Below are positions 1 to 12,606 of a DNA stretch of 64,000 nt, in pieces (within the stretch, counting starts at the first letter, position 1; the number at the start of each line of letters is the position of its first letter). A program made the position numbers and the translations under genes. The DNA is from Hemiscyllium ocellatum (taxonomy: Eukaryota). Location of the stretch: contig NC_083410.1 of NCBI RefSeq assembly GCF_020745735.1, positions 4,128,117 through 4,192,116 on the forward strand, read 5' to 3'. The notes beneath the pieces were generated by a model. It ran no database searches and was not told where the DNA came from. It saw only the letters and a list, made by a program, of their open reading frames with translations.

Positions 1-345
1 CCCATCCTGAGCATCCTAAATCTGGCTGAATCGCATTGTAATTGCCTTTCCCTCAGCTATAACTTTTGCCCTATGGTTTATACCTATCCCTTTCCATCAC
101 CAAGGTAAACATAACTAAATTGTAGTCACTATCAACAAAGTGCTCACCTACTGCTAAATCTGACGGCTGGCCGGGTTCATTACCCAGTACCAAATCTAAT
201 GTGGCCTCAACCCTTATTTCCATGTCTACATACTGTGTCAAGAAATCCTCCTGCACACATTGGGCAAAATCTGACCAATCTAAAGTACCTGAACTATAGT
301 GTTCCCAGTCAATATTTAGGAAAATAAAGTCCCCCATACAACTAC
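1..345 (-). mobile_element. CR1 LINE fragment (APE endonuclease region)
   Basis: Track ORF 71..337: GDFIFLNIDW...FAQCVQEDFLTQYVD...ATLDLVLGNE...VGEHF..SDYN is typical of CR1 ORF2. Confidence 0.8.
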
Positions 346-619
346 CCTCTCACTCTTGAGTTTTGGGACAGTTTAAAATAAGTGAATCAAAGATATTCCT
401 TATTTCGCAAAGAGAGAGATTCATCTCCAATGTGAATGTTGATAACTTTAAAAATGTAATTGTTATTTTCTATGAAAAGCACAAACATCGGGCCAGACGT
501 TATATGTTACAGGGCACAGGACAGTGCACACTGACTATATCACTGTCCAGTTGCAGAGGTCGTGAGGAACTATCACTCATTGCAATGTGAGCCATGTGAT
601 CTATATCGTAAAACACTAC

Positions 620-3600
620 TTTAAACATGGAGGAAGTGAGGATTGCAGATCAGAGTTGAAAAGAGTGGTGCTGGAAAAGCACAGCCAATTAGGCAGCATC
701 CGAGGAGCAGAAAAATTGATGTTTCAAGCATTAGCTCTTGATCAGGAATGAGGCTTGTGGTCTAAGGGGTCTGAGAGATAAATGGGAGGGGTGTGGAGCT
801 GGGGGGCAAGGTAGCTGGGCATTCGATAGGTAGCTGATGGCGGGGGTGAAGTTGATAGGTCGGAGAGGAGGGTGGAGTGGATAGATGGGAAGGGTGATGG
901 ACAGATAGGACAGTTCAAGAGGGTGGTGCCAAGTTGGAAGGTTCGATCTGGGATTAGGTGGGAGCAGGGTAAATGAGGAAACTGATGCAATCCACATTGA
1001 TCCCGTGTGGTTGGAGGGTCCCAAGGAGGAAATTGAGGTGTTGTTCCTCTAGGTGTCAGGTGGTTTGGTGGTGGAGGAGGCCCACTACTTGCATGTCCAC
1101 TGCGGATTAGGAGGGAGAGTTAAAGTGTTCGGCCAAGGGACAGTGTCCCAGAGATGTTCTCTGTAATGGTTCACAAGTAGGTGTCCTCTCTCCCCAGTGT
1201 AGAGGAGTCTACATCGGAGCAGCAGATAGAGTAGATGACGTGTGTGAAAGTGCAGGCAAATCTCTGCTGAATGTGGAAGGATCCTTTGAGGCCTTGGATG
1301 GAGGTTAAGGGGGAAGTGTGGGTGCAGGTTTTGCACTACTTGTGGTGGCAAGGAAGGTGCTGGGAGTGGAGGGTGGTTGTTTGGGGCATGGATCTTATAA
1401 GGGAATCACAGAAGGAATGTTCTCCCTGGAACACAGATTGGGGTGGGACGGATTTATATCCCTGGTGATGGGGTATGTTTGTAGGTTGTGGAAATGGTGG
1501 AGGATGACACGATGTATCTGGAGGCTGAGGGTGTGGAAGGTGAGGAGTAGGGTGATTCTGTCCATGTTGTGTTGGGAGGGGTGTGGTTCAAGGGCGTTGG
1601 TGTGGGAAATGGAGGAGATATGCTGGAGGGCATCGTTGAGCATATGGGAGGGGATTTTGTGGTCTTTGAAGAAGGAAGCCATCTGGGATGTTCTATTGTG
1701 GAATTGTTTCTCCTGGGAGCAGGTGTGGCAGAGGCAGAGGAATTGGGAATAAGGGATAGTGATTTTAAGAGGGCAGGCTTGGAGTAATCCACATAGCTTG
1801 TGGGTGTTATTGGGTTTGTACTGTACGCCCATATTGAGTCAGTCACCGGAAATGGAAATGGAGAGGTCCAGGAGGGGAGGAAGGTATCTGAGTTGGTCCA
1901 GGTGAGCCGAGGTCAGGATTGAAGGTTTTAGTGAGGTTGACAAACTGTTCAACCAAACTGTTCAACCTCCTCATGGGATCACATTGTGGTGCCGGTACAG
2001 TCATCGATGTTGCAGAGGAAAAGGTGGGGAATGGTGCTGGTATAGTTATGGAAGATAGACTGTTCCACATAGCCGGTGAAGATGCAGGCACAGCTGGGAC
2101 CCATGTGGTTGCCCAAGTATACCCTTTTGGTCTGGAGGTAGTGGGAGGATTCGAAGGAAAAGTTGTTGAGGGTGAGGACTAGTTCAGTCAATTGGATGAG
2201 GATGTCAGTGAAAGAGGACTGGTTGGATTGGTGTGAGATTAGATTACTAACAGTGTGGAAACAGGCCCTTTGGCCTAACAAGTCCACACTGATCCTCTGA
2301 AGAGCAACCTACCCAGACCCATTCCCCTACATTTACCCCTTCACCCAACACTACGGGCAATTTAGCATGGCCAATTCACCTAACCTGCACATATTTGAAC
2401 TGTGGGAGGAAACCAGAGCACCGGGGGTAAGCCCATGCAGGCAAGCAGAGAATTTGCAAACTCCACACAGACAGTTGCCTGAGGCGGGAATTGAACCCGG
2501 TCTCTGGTGCTGTGAGACAGCAGTGCTAACCACTGTGCTACCGTGCCACCCAGGGTTCCCGGATGATGCAGTTGGAGCCTGTGGGTGAGAGATTCCCTGA
2601 GGTGATTGGGTTTATGAATGGTCTGGGAGTTAATGGTTTGGTGATGGGAGATGAGGTTGTGCTTGTGAGAGGAAGTAGCGGAGGGCTTGGGAGGCCTTCG
2701 TCATGGCGGATGGATGTGTACCGGGACTGGATATCTATAGTGAAGGTGAGGCATTGGGGGCAGGGAAATTAAAGTCATGGAGGAGTTGGAGTGTGTGGGT
2801 GATGTCCCCAACATATGTGGGGCGTGTCTGTACCAAGGGGGAACAGGGCGTTGTCAAGATATGCATGGATATGTTCAGCAGGAAAGGAGCAGGCTGAGAC
2901 AACGGGTCAACTGGGGCAGTCAGGTTTGTGAATTTTTGAGTAGAAGGTAGACCCAGGCAGTGCAGGGTTCCTGGATGATGCGGTTGGAGCCTGTGGGTGG
3001 AGATCCCCTGAGGTGATTGGGTTTGTAGATGGTCTAGGAATTAATGGTTTGGTGATGGGAGATGAGGTTGTGCTTGAGGGGGCAATAGGAGGAGGAGTCC
3101 ATGAATTGGTGCTTGGCTTCACGGTGTAGAGGTCAGTGCACCAAATTACCACTGTACTCCCTTTCTCTGCTGGTTTGATGGTGAGATTGAGGTTGGAGTG
3201 GAGGGAGTGGAGGGATGCACATTGCGAGGGTGAGAGGTTAGAGTGGGTGAGATGAGCAGACAGGTTGATGCAGTCAATGTCCAGGCTGCAGTTGGAAATG
3301 AAGAGATCAAGGGCAGGTAAGAGATCAGCATGGGGAGTCAAGGTGGATGGGTTGCTTTGGAGGTGGGAGAAGGGGGTCCTTGGAGGGTGGGTGGGAGTCC
3401 TCATGGAAAATGTAATCATGGAATCGGAAGCGAAGGCAGTAGAAGTGTTTGATTTTGCAATGTGTGTTCAATTCATTGAACAAGGATCGTAGGGGGAATA
3501 AGGTGAGGCCTTTACTGAGGATTGATGACTCATGGACAGTGAGGAAGTGGACAAGGGGATGGTAAGATGGGAGATAGTACATGGCGTGGGGCTGGAGGTG

Positions 3601-3900
3601 GGAGGTGGGACCTTGTGTGGGCTGGAGCTGGGAGTGGGGTAGAGACTCTCTCAAGAGTGGGTGTGGTTATAGCATCATGGGTGATGTCACCAACAGAAGT
3701 GATGCTCACCTTGAGGTTCAGAGGATTGGAAGTGATGCCTTCAGTGGCATCCACAGGGGGAGAACGTGACATCGCATATGACACACGTGATGTCATCATT
3801 GATATTCAGGTGAGTGATGTCGATGGAGGTGGAAGTGGCGGTGGTGGCGTCAGCTACAGGGGCAGAAGTTAAGGAATGTGTGGCGTACATGATGTCATCG
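620..3900 (-). mobile_element. Degenerate Penelope-like retroelement (pLTR, GIY-YIG, RT), interrupted by a SINE
   Basis: Fragments such as LTLNNFSFESSHYLQTKRVYLGNHMGPSCACIF, YSQFLCLCHTCS and LLYTGERGHLL..YREHL. The terminal repeat at ~620-1050 matches other PLE termini in the window. Confidence 0.85.
2236..2551 (-). mobile_element. HE1-like tRNA-derived SINE
   Basis: Reverse complement of the SINE at 5939-6268, with head GTGGCACGGTAGCACAGTGGTTAGCACTGCTG. Confidence 0.85.
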
Positions 3901-5009
3901 TTAAACAGCTCAACAAAAGGAAATAAGCTTGATACCATCCAGAACAAACCAACCACTTGAATGACACCTTTGAATGCCATCTCCTCCCTCCACCACCGAT
4001 GCTCAGTAACAGCAGTGTGTACTAGATACAAGATGCATTGCAGAAATTCACCAGATGTCCTTAGACAGCATCTTCTAAACTCATGACCACTTCCATTGGA
4101 AGCACAAGGGGAGCAGATATATGTGAATACCACTCTCTACAAGTTCACTTCCAAGCAAGTAATAAAGCCAAGAAAATAGCAAAGAGTTAGCCAAACATTT
4201 ATCGAGGAGAAAATGTTCAAATCCATGACCAAGGCTGTTATAGCAAGAGACTTTGAAATCTCAGTGCAGACAGACAGAGTCACCAAGGTTTTGTGAAAAT
4301 GAAAGTATTAATGACTCATTGAGTATCTTGTTGACAAAACAACAAGCAATGAGGAGAAAAGGTGATCTATCGATGTGGTACATTTTTATTTCTAAAGCAC
4401 ATCAGAGGCTATGCTATCCAACGACAGCTCACATTGAAGGGAGGATCATTTTATCATGAATAGAGGATAGATTTACAACAACAAGCAGCAGTGATAAATG
4501 AGTCGTTTTCGGGCTGTAACTAGCGAAGGCTACCTTTCACTTGTTCATGAATATTGCGCATTAATAACGAGCCAGCATTTATTGGCCATTCCGAAGTGCC
4601 CAGAGAGGAAACATACATTAATGAAATTAAACTGTGGTTCTGGAGTCAGAGATTGTCACAGAGTCAGTGCTGAGGCCTCAACTATTTATAATTTCTATCA
4701 ATGAGGGTGTATAGTCTGGGAACAGTGTCCCGCAGTCAGCATATGATTTTCCTTATGCTCCAGGACCCACGTATTGCACAGAAGGATTGATTCTGTAGTC
4801 TAGGTTTCAGGAGTTCCTTTAGGGCCTGTCAAATAACATTGAAAATATTATTAATTTCCAAAATTAATCTTTCATCAAATGCAGCAACAAAAGATAATTT
4901 CACATGTACTGGGTTATTTCAGGAGATAACTCAGTGATTCGTGCCTGGGAGCTTCCAGCCTTGTCTCACCAGCCAGTGGGGAATGTATGTATCCCAGAGA
5001 CAATGTCAG

Positions 5010-5041
5010 TCAAGGCTGCAGTTGGTCACAACACCTCAGGG
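5010..5041 (-). CDS. Candidate terminal exon B: (A)LRCCDQLQP-stop
   Basis: Strong acceptor cttttccaattttcccttcatag|, just downstream (on the minus strand) of the (CA)n tract. Phase 1, short open frame to TGA. Confidence 0.3.
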
Positions 5042-5061
5042 CTATGAAGGGAAAATTGGAA

Positions 5062-5063
<2 letters not shown>

Positions 5064-5141
<78 letters not shown>
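5064..5141. repeat. (GT)n microsatellite, ~39 units
   Basis: Directly visible. Confidence 0.98.
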
Positions 5142-5142
<1 letters not shown>

Positions 5143-5470
5143 TCAGACATGACCACGAATGACCTGTGATCACACAGCACTCACTGCCCACTGTCAGTTC
5201 ATACCATCACCAGAACAACAAAAGATGGTCAATAAAAGCTGGTGCAGACAACCACACCCACATCCCTAGAATGAATACAATAAACCCAGGGCCATGTTGA
5301 GTGGTGGTTTATTTTTTATTCATTCATGGGATGTGGATGTCACTGACTGGGCCAGCATTCACTACCCATTCCTGAATTGCCCCTTGGACTGCCTATCTTG
5401 TAAGCACCATTTCAGAGGGGTTTTTTTGAGTCAATCACCTTGCTGTGGGTCTGGAGTCACATATAGACCA

Positions 5471-5673
5471 GCTGCAAATGTGTTGCTGGTCAAAGCACAG
5501 CAGGCCAAGCAGCATCTCAGGAATAGAGAATTCGACGTTTCGAGCATAAGCCCTGGGCTTATGCTCGAAACGTCGAATTCTCTATTCCTGAGATGCTGCC
5601 TGGCCTGCTGTGCTTTGACCAGCAACACATTTGCAGCTGTGATCTCCAGCATCTGCAGACCTCATTTTTTACT
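5471..5673. mobile_element. Miniature fold-back PLE-terminus insertion with TSD
   Basis: 84-bp inverted arms centred on 5554. Flanked by CACATATAGACCA at 5458-5470 and 5674-5686. Confidence 0.9.
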
Positions 5674-5938
5674 CACATATAGACCAGCCCAGTTATAAGC
5701 GACAGGCTTTTCTCCCTGACAGATGCGTTCATTAAATGGGAAGTCATCGATAACCACTGACCAGGTTTCAATGGTCACCATGAAGCTGGATTTTAAATTC
5801 CACTTCATTGGTGTTGTGTTCAGTCACACAGTCAGTGGGTCAGGGGAGGTGTATGAGATATGGAGGACTCAATGAATGACAGGACACGAGGAAGCTCAGG
5901 GGGACAGAGGGAGCTTGGGGAGTTTGTCCATAGTTAGT

Positions 5939-6268
5939 GGGCGGCACGGTGGCACAGTGGTTAGCACTGCTGCCTCACAGCACCTGAGACCCGGGTTCAA
6001 TTCCCGACTCAGGTGACTGACTGTGTGGAGTTTGCACGTTCTCCCCGTGTCTGCGTGGGTTTCCTCCGGGTGCTCCGGTTTCCTCCCACAGTCCAAAGAT
6101 GTGCGGGTCAGGTGAATTGGCCATGCTAAATTGCCCGTAGTGTTAGGTAAGGGGTAAATGTAGGGGTATGGGTGGGTTTCGCTTCGGCGGGTCGGTGTGG
6201 ACTTGTTGGGCCGAAGGGCCTGTTTCCACACTGTAAGTCTAATCTAAAAAAGTCTAATCTAATCTAAA
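5939..6268 (+). mobile_element. HE1-like tRNA-derived SINE
   Basis: Head GGGCGGCACGGTGGCACAGTGGTTAGC, B-box-like GGTTCAATTCC and a (TAATC)n tail. Confidence 0.9.
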
Positions 6269-6269
6269 A

Positions 6270-6955
6270 GGAGTGGCTGGACAGGCTGGGAGTTTTTTCA
6301 CTGGAGCGTAAGACGTTGAGGGGATGACCTTAAAAATCAGGAGGAATATAGATAGGATGAAGAGCAAAGATTGTTTACTGAGGATAAGGGATGCAAAACT
6401 AAGGCGCATATTTTTAAGTTGACTGGAGCAAGATTTGAAAGGGACCTGAGGAGCAATATATTCACACGGAGGGTGGTTCATAATGGAATGAACTGCCAGA
6501 GGAAATGGGAGACATAGGTATAATTGCAACATTTAAAAGACATTTGCATAGGTACATGAACAGGAACGATTTCATTGGAGATGGGCCAAAGACATACAAA
6601 TTGGACGAGATTAGTCTGGGAAAGTGGTTGGAATGAACGAGTTAGATCAAAGGGTCTATTTCTGTGCTGTATGATTCCATGAATCTGTGAAAGACCGGAG
6701 GTTTACAGGAGGTTTGAGGAAAGGTCTTTTCACCCAGAGAGAGGTGGGACTATGGAATTCACTGCCTGGGAGAGTAGTTGAGGTGAGAAACCTCAACCTT
6801 CAAAACTAAGTTGGATAAGCAATTACAATGACATAATATTCAAGGCTGTGAACGTAGTGGTTGAAGTTTGGACTAATGGACGTTTAGTGTAATGATTGAT
6901 GGAACAGACTCGATGGGCTGAAGGGTCTCTTTTGGACTGAATGATTCCATGACTT
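6270..6955 (+). mobile_element. CR1 LINE 3' fragments
   Basis: Degenerate CR1 ORF2 C-terminus and 3' UTR, similar to 52700-53130 and 58850-59320. Confidence 0.75.
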
Positions 6956-6981
6956 CATATGGTGATGACATCATCATGGCA

Positions 6982-6995
6982 TCACAGCCTGTGAC
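6982..6995 (-). CDS. Candidate terminal exon A: (G)HRL-stop
   Basis: Nearest adequate acceptor (ctttgtactctcag|), after a 304-nt intron, phase 1. Gives a 762-nt CDS (253 aa). Not distinguishable from candidate B without RNA. Confidence 0.35.
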
Positions 6996-7299
6996 CTGAG
7001 AGTACAAAGATCTCTGACTCCATCTTGTATCAGATCATATGAAGCATGGGATTTACTGGAAATAATCCTGCTCTGTGTATCCCAATTGCTAATGTTAATC
7101 CGGACATTGACAAGACTGAGGAAGGTCATGTTTGCATATAACAGGAGTCTCCTCCATTTTTTCCAGCAGCTGTACATAATAGTAGCTTTCAGACTCATGA
7201 ATAACACAATCCCACACCCAGATTCTCATGTTCTGGAGATAGCATAAACATTTCTGCATCAGGTAAACAACCCTGTTGCAGACAAAACTCGAAACATAC

Positions 7300-7342
7300 C
7301 TGAAAGCTCACTGTAAATAGAGCAATCCCATTGCTGCAATGG
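7300..7342 (-). CDS. Cytoplasmic exon 4: PLQQWDCSIYSELS (second half of ITAM)
   Basis: Strong acceptor tttctctttttcctgttag| and donor CAG|GTATGT. 43 nt, phase 0-1. Completes YMPL-x7-YSEL. Confidence 0.8.
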
Positions 7343-7999
7343 CTAACAGGAAAAAGAGAAATGTTAAAACCAGTGATGGCTTATTTCGAATTATTTCACA
7401 TTCTAACAATATTTACTGCTTATGGGCAAAATGGATTTCCCTCCCTGGAACCAGATCCATGTTAGCAGCCTCCTTCATTCATTGGTGTCAGCTCAGTGGA
7501 AAAAACATTTGTTTTTGAGACTGGAGAGCTTGGATTGAAAGTGGAGTCCTGAGATGTGATTGTACCATCCAGGCTGCTCCCTCAGTGTAGTACAGAGGCA
7601 GTGCAGCACTGTCTGCAGGACAGGTTTTTCAATGAGATGTCAAACTGAAGCCCTGTCTTCCCGAGCAGGAATACAAATGATCTTTTTGGTCGAATCCACT
7701 TTCATCAAAGGGTTGTTAATCTGTGGAATTCTCTTCCAAAAAAGTTGGTGATGTTTCATCACTGAGAGCAATTCAGGTTGGAATGGACAGACCTTTGGTT
7801 TCTCTGAGAATTTCTGGGATATGAGGAGCAGGTGGGAAAGTGGAATTGGAACAGATTATTCACCAGGACTTGTATTAAATGGTGAAGCAGCTTGGAGGAG
7901 CTGTCGGCTGTATACTTGCTCTTATTTCTTATGTTCTTATATTCTAAAGTAACATTGCTCTCCCAGTGACCTTGCTGTGTTTATATCAGTTGCTCTCTT

Positions 8000-8290
8000 T
8001 CTAATAACAGTGACCACACCTCAAAGGCACTTCAGTCATTGTAAAGACTCCACGGCCATGATGGGGTTGTGAGTGGAGTGATATAAATGGAAGAAATTTT
8101 TTCTTCTGAGAATTGTCGAATGCAGTGATGACAATAGCTGGCTCCTGAGGTTGGCAGTGACTGAGGAGACCAGTAATTGGCTTTGAGGGAAGAAGTGATA
8201 GCAAGGAGCCAGTAGGGCCAAGTGGCAGAGAATGAGACTTGAACTTGGAAGGTCCAGGAGGAGCTCAGCATCTGGTGGTCTGACCCTGGG
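8000..8290 (-). mobile_element. Old LINE (L2-like) RT fragment
   Basis: Degenerate PQG...SIYITPL RT motif on the minus strand. Confidence 0.5.
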
Positions 8291-8526
8291 ATTGGAAAGC
8301 AATGAGATTAGAGAATGGAGAACAGAAAAATCTCAGTAATCGAGTTGGAAATCCAATATAGTGAACATTCCTATTTGCTGTACACTGAGCCCATTCCCAC
8401 TAATGATGATTGGTGGATAGAAATGACAGTCAGATGAAGGGACCAGTGGGAACTCAGAAGGAGAGCTCTTTGGGAATAGGGTGAATATTGCAAAGCCAAA
8501 CGTTAATTGCAGTACTACATATTTAC

Positions 8527-8568
8527 CATGTAGGTTGAGTCAGAATCTGCTGGAGAATCCTTCACATT
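8527..8568 (-). CDS. Cytoplasmic exon 3: NVKDSPADSDSTYM (first half of ITAM)
   Basis: Acceptor tttccttcttattacag| and donor ATG|GTAAAT. 42 nt, phase 0-0. Ends in D-x-x-Y-x. Confidence 0.78.
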
Positions 8569-9756
8569 CTGTAATAAGAAGGAAATAATAAATATTGTGT
8601 TCAGTAATCATTGTTAAATGAGAGATGACTGAATGCTGATTAGACAGAGTCAGGAATTAGTCTTGAAACATTTCTATTTCCATGAAGGTGACTGATTTGG
8701 CAAACAGTTTCTGTCAGTGGACAGCTGACAATACAGCTGAGTGGAAGAGAGAAGTACATTCCAGAAGGAAAATCAGGAATACTTGGACCTTAACAAGCCG
8801 GTCAGACTCAACCTTGATTCTGAATTACACAAAGCAAGTTGGACCACTATGTCTCATTTGGTAATTTGAGTGATTTAGTTTTCCTGCTGAAGGATCAGTT
8901 GCTGGTCACCAAGAGGGATAATTGGAGATGAGCCATGTTAAGCTGCTCTCCAATAACCCCTTATGAATGTCTGAGAGATCATGTAGGGATCTGGAATCAA
9001 TATTCCTGGTCTCTCTCTGGAGACATGAGCTGTCGAGGAGAGGAAATGTTTTGATGTTTTGTAATTTTAAGTGTGTACAGAAATGGAAAATTAACTGGTT
9101 TAGAATCCAAGGATTGTCAAGGGATTCCTGCACTTTATGAAATCAAGTAACCTGACTCTCATTGTAAGTGTTGTTTACACAGTTTCCTATCGGGGCAGTA
9201 GTGGGAGACGGTTTACAGAGGAGGTCGAGCAGGAGTGTGGAGAGAGAGAGGGAGTCAGGATGGAAGGGAGGGGATGGGGCAGGAGGACAAGTAATAGTCG
9301 AGTTCAAACCAACAGCATGTAGCTGATTAGTCTGTGAACCAGTTATTTATAACAAAAGACTTCTGCCTTCAAATAACAATGTAAGTAGCTCACAGTGAGC
9401 TGAGCAGGATTGAGATTGCGACAAGATACAGAGAATTCATCAGATTGCCACCAGTTCAGGAGCTGTCTCTCTGTTCTCTGCAGTAAACAACACTTTAACC
9501 CTGAAGAAAGGCAGCTGATTTCTCCTTCAGCAATTCCTGTCGGCTGCAATGTCTAATGAATCAGTCAGGGAGCTGCTATGGGTTGAGAAATTGTGAAATT
9601 TATTGTTACATGTATGCCAATATAAAATACAGTGAAATGTGTGTACCATTGCTATACATAAGTGCTGTTCACATTAACGTCAAATAAAAATAAAGAAAAG
9701 AGAACTTAAAAAAGACCACAAACTTTGCTTCACTAATGCTACAGCATGCTACAGCA

Positions 9757-10330
9757 TCCCACACTGCACCCCTGACAGTGTCTCTCTCCAGGCTTCCTAA
9801 CCCACACTGCACCCCCAAGAGTGTCCTGTTCAGGGCTTCCCAACCCACACTACAGCCCCTAGAGTGTCTCACTCCAGGTTTCCCAACCCACCCTGCACTC
9901 CCTAGAATGTCCCACTCCAGGCTTCCCAACCCACCCTGCACCTCCTAGAGTATCCCCTCCAGGATTCCCAACTCACACTACACCCCCAAGAGTGTCCTGC
10001 TCAGGGCTTCCCCACTCACACTGCACCCACTAGAGCATCCCACTCCGGGCTTCTCCACCCACACTGCTCCCCCTAGAGTGTTCCCGCTCCAGACTACCCA
10101 ACCCACACTTCACCCCCTGGAATGTCCCACTCTGGGTTTCCTAAACCACACTGCACACCCTAAAGTATCCCACTCTGGGCTTCCCAACCCACATTGCACC
10201 CCGTACAGTGTTCTGTTTCAGGCTTCCCAACCCACACCATGACTCCCAGAGTATTCCGTTCTGGTATTCCCAACCCATGCTGCACCTCCTGGAGAGTCCC
10301 ATCCTGGGCTTCCCCATTACACCATGCTGC
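9757..10330. repeat. ~43-bp minisatellite (unit ~TCCAGGCTTCCCAACCCACACTGCACCCCCAAGAGTGTCCCAC), ~13 diverged copies
   Basis: Recurrent CCCAACCCAC(A/C)CT motif at ~43-nt spacing. Confidence 0.85.
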
Positions 10331-10541
10331 CGAGAGGACTCCAGTACTTGCACGCTTTTCATGTGAACTGAAGAATTTGCAGCAATTACAAGAGATTCCA
10401 CTTTCTCATTGTGCAGCTGGTGTGGGACCAGGCAGTAGCACATCATGTGGGTTTATGCATATCATCCTCAGAAGGTAATATCTGAAAAGTAAGGCAGGAG
10501 GAAAATGAAGGGTTCTCACCAGAGTGTACACTGTGTGAATT

Positions 10542-11979
10542 AGTGTGAATCAGTCAGGGAGCTGGTGTCAGTGTGAATCAGTCAGGGAGCTGGTGTCAGT
10601 GTGAGTCAGTCAGGGAGCTGGTGTCAGTGTGAGTCAGTCAGGGAGCTGGTGTCAGTGTGAGTCAGTCAGGGAGCTGGTGTCAGTGTGAATCAGTCAGGGA
10701 GCTGGTGTCAGTGTGAGTCAGTCAGGGAGCTGGTGTCAGTGTGAATCAGTCAGGGAGCTGCTGTCAGTGTGAATCAGTCAGGGAGCTGCTGTCAATGTGA
10801 ATCAGTCAGGGAGCTGGTGTCAGTGTGAGTCAGTCAGGGAGCTGGTGTCAGTGTGAGTCAGTCAGGGAGCTGCTGTCAGTGTGAATCAGTCAGGGAGCTG
10901 CTGTCAATGTGAATCAGTCAGGGAGCTGGTGTCAGTGTGAGTCAGTCAGGGAGCTGCTGTCAGTGTGAGTCAGTCAGGGAGCTGGTGTCAGTGTGAATCA
11001 GTCAGGGAGCTGCTGTCAGTGTGAATCAGTCAGGGGGCCACTGTCAGTGTGAATCAGTCAGGGAGCTGCTGTCAGTGTGAATCAGTCAGGGGGCCACTGT
11101 CAGTGTGAATCAGTCTGGGAGCTGCTGTCAGTGTGAATCAGTCAGGGGGCCACTGTCAGTGTGAATCAGTCAGGGAGCTGGTGTCAGTGTGAATCAGTCA
11201 GGGGGCCACTGTCAGTGTGAATCAGTCTGGGAGCTGCTGTCAGTGTGAATCAGTCAGGGAGCTGCTGTCAGTGTGAATCAATCAGGGAGCTGGTGTCTAT
11301 GTGAATCAGTCTGGGAGCTGTTGTCAGTGTGAATCAGTCAGGGGGCCACTGTCAGTGTGAATCAGTCAGGGAGCTGCTGTCAGTGTGAATCAGTCAGGGG
11401 GCCACTGTCAGTGTGAATCAGTCAGGGAGCTGCTGTCAGTGTGAATCAGTCAGGGGGCCACTGTCAGTGTGAATCAGTCTGGGAGCTGCTGTCAGTGTGA
11501 ATCAGTCAGGGGGCCACTGTCAGTGTGAATCAGTCAGGGGGCCACTGTCAGTGTGAATCAGTCTGGGAGCTGCTGTCAGTGTGAATCAGTCAGGGAGCTG
11601 CTGTCAGTGTGAATCAGTCAGGGAGCTGGTGTCAGTGTGAATCAGTCAGGGAGCTGCTGTCAGTGTGAATCAGTCAGGGAGCTGGTGTCAGTGTGAGTCA
11701 GTCAGGGAGCTGCTGTCAGTGTGAATCAGTCAGAGAGCTGGTGTCAGTGTGAATCAGGCAGGGAGCTGGTGTCAGTGTGAGTCAGTCAGGGAGCTGCTGT
11801 CTGTGTGAATCAGTCAGGGGGCCACTGTCAGTGTGAATCAGTCTGGGAGCTGCTGTCAGTGTGAATCAGTCAGGGAGCTGCTGTCTGTGTGAATCAGTCA
11901 GGGAGCTGCTGTCTGTGTGAATCAGTCAGGGGGCCACTGTCAGTGTGAATCAGTCTGGGAGCTGCTGTCAGTGTGAATC
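10542..11979. repeat. 28-bp minisatellite (CAGTGTGAATCAGTCAGGGAGCTG(G/C)TGT), ~51 copies
   Basis: Directly visible tandem array with interspersed GGGGGCCACT and GTGTGAGTC variants. Confidence 0.97.
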
Positions 11980-12532
11980 TGTTCCCCCGTGCCTCCTGTA
12001 AATAAGCAAAAGCATCTGAAGAAGGAAGATTCAGAAATAGCACCTGAGTAGCACAAGAATCAAGTTAGAAATCCATGTGGACCCAATCTTTCCCTCGGTC
12101 CATAATACCAATGTTTTTTTTTAAATCTGTCTTTGTCAGTCTGTGTGTGTGAAAGAGGGAGTTTATTTGAGGGTATGAGTTTTAACTGGAAGATTATATG
12201 TCATTGTTTCCCAGTAACTAGATTCTATTGCTGTGTAAGAAATAGGAACTCGTGTGAAGGAGAGAAATCTGGTCTGTGCATTTTGTCACCCTGCGTCTAA
12301 AGGATAGGAAAATGAGGGACTTGCATGTGGTTTGGAAAAATTGTTAAAGTTTGTGACTAGTCCATTAATAGGTGGCCTCCATTTCCAGCGTGTTACCCCA
12401 GTGATGTGTAACAAAGGGCTTAAGACAAATGGTTGACTGTGTAGGAGAAATTGATTTGGAATCATAAGTTGAACATGACACCAGTTCCTTCCTTTTCCAA
12501 AAACATGTACAGTGAAGAACAGTGAAGCTCAC

Positions 12533-12606
12533 CCGTCTGTGTCCTGTTGAAGGAGGGTTTCTGTAACTTCCAGGGAGACACTGGTCACCAGCTGCTGTCA
12601 GTGAGT
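12533..12606 (-). CDS. Cytoplasmic exon 2: (D)SLTAAGDQCLPGSYRNPPSTGHRR
   Basis: Acceptor tatttgtctcacag| and donor CGG|GTGAGC. 74 nt, phase 1-0, bridging the phases of the flanking exons. Same frame as track ORF 12365..12625. Confidence 0.7.

Noticed and set aside
5939-6010. tRNA gene
   Set aside because: tRNA-like head of a multi-copy SINE with no full cloverleaf. The same applies to the other SINE copies.
6974-7207. GIVLFMSLKATIMYSCWKKWRR resembling a TCR-like Lys-containing TM
   Set aside because: An in-frame stop lies just upstream, there is no usable acceptor in that frame, and the hydrophobic stretch is too short.
9391-9429. RSS-like CACAGTG + 23-nt spacer + ACAAGATAC
   Set aside because: The nonamer matches only 6/9 and breaks the A-tract. 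It is intronic, with no adjacent V/J segment or 12-RSS partner, and several chance heptamers are expected in 64 kb.
10542-11979. CRISPR-like array
   Set aside because: Head-to-tail units with no unique spacers, in eukaryotic DNA. It is a minisatellite.
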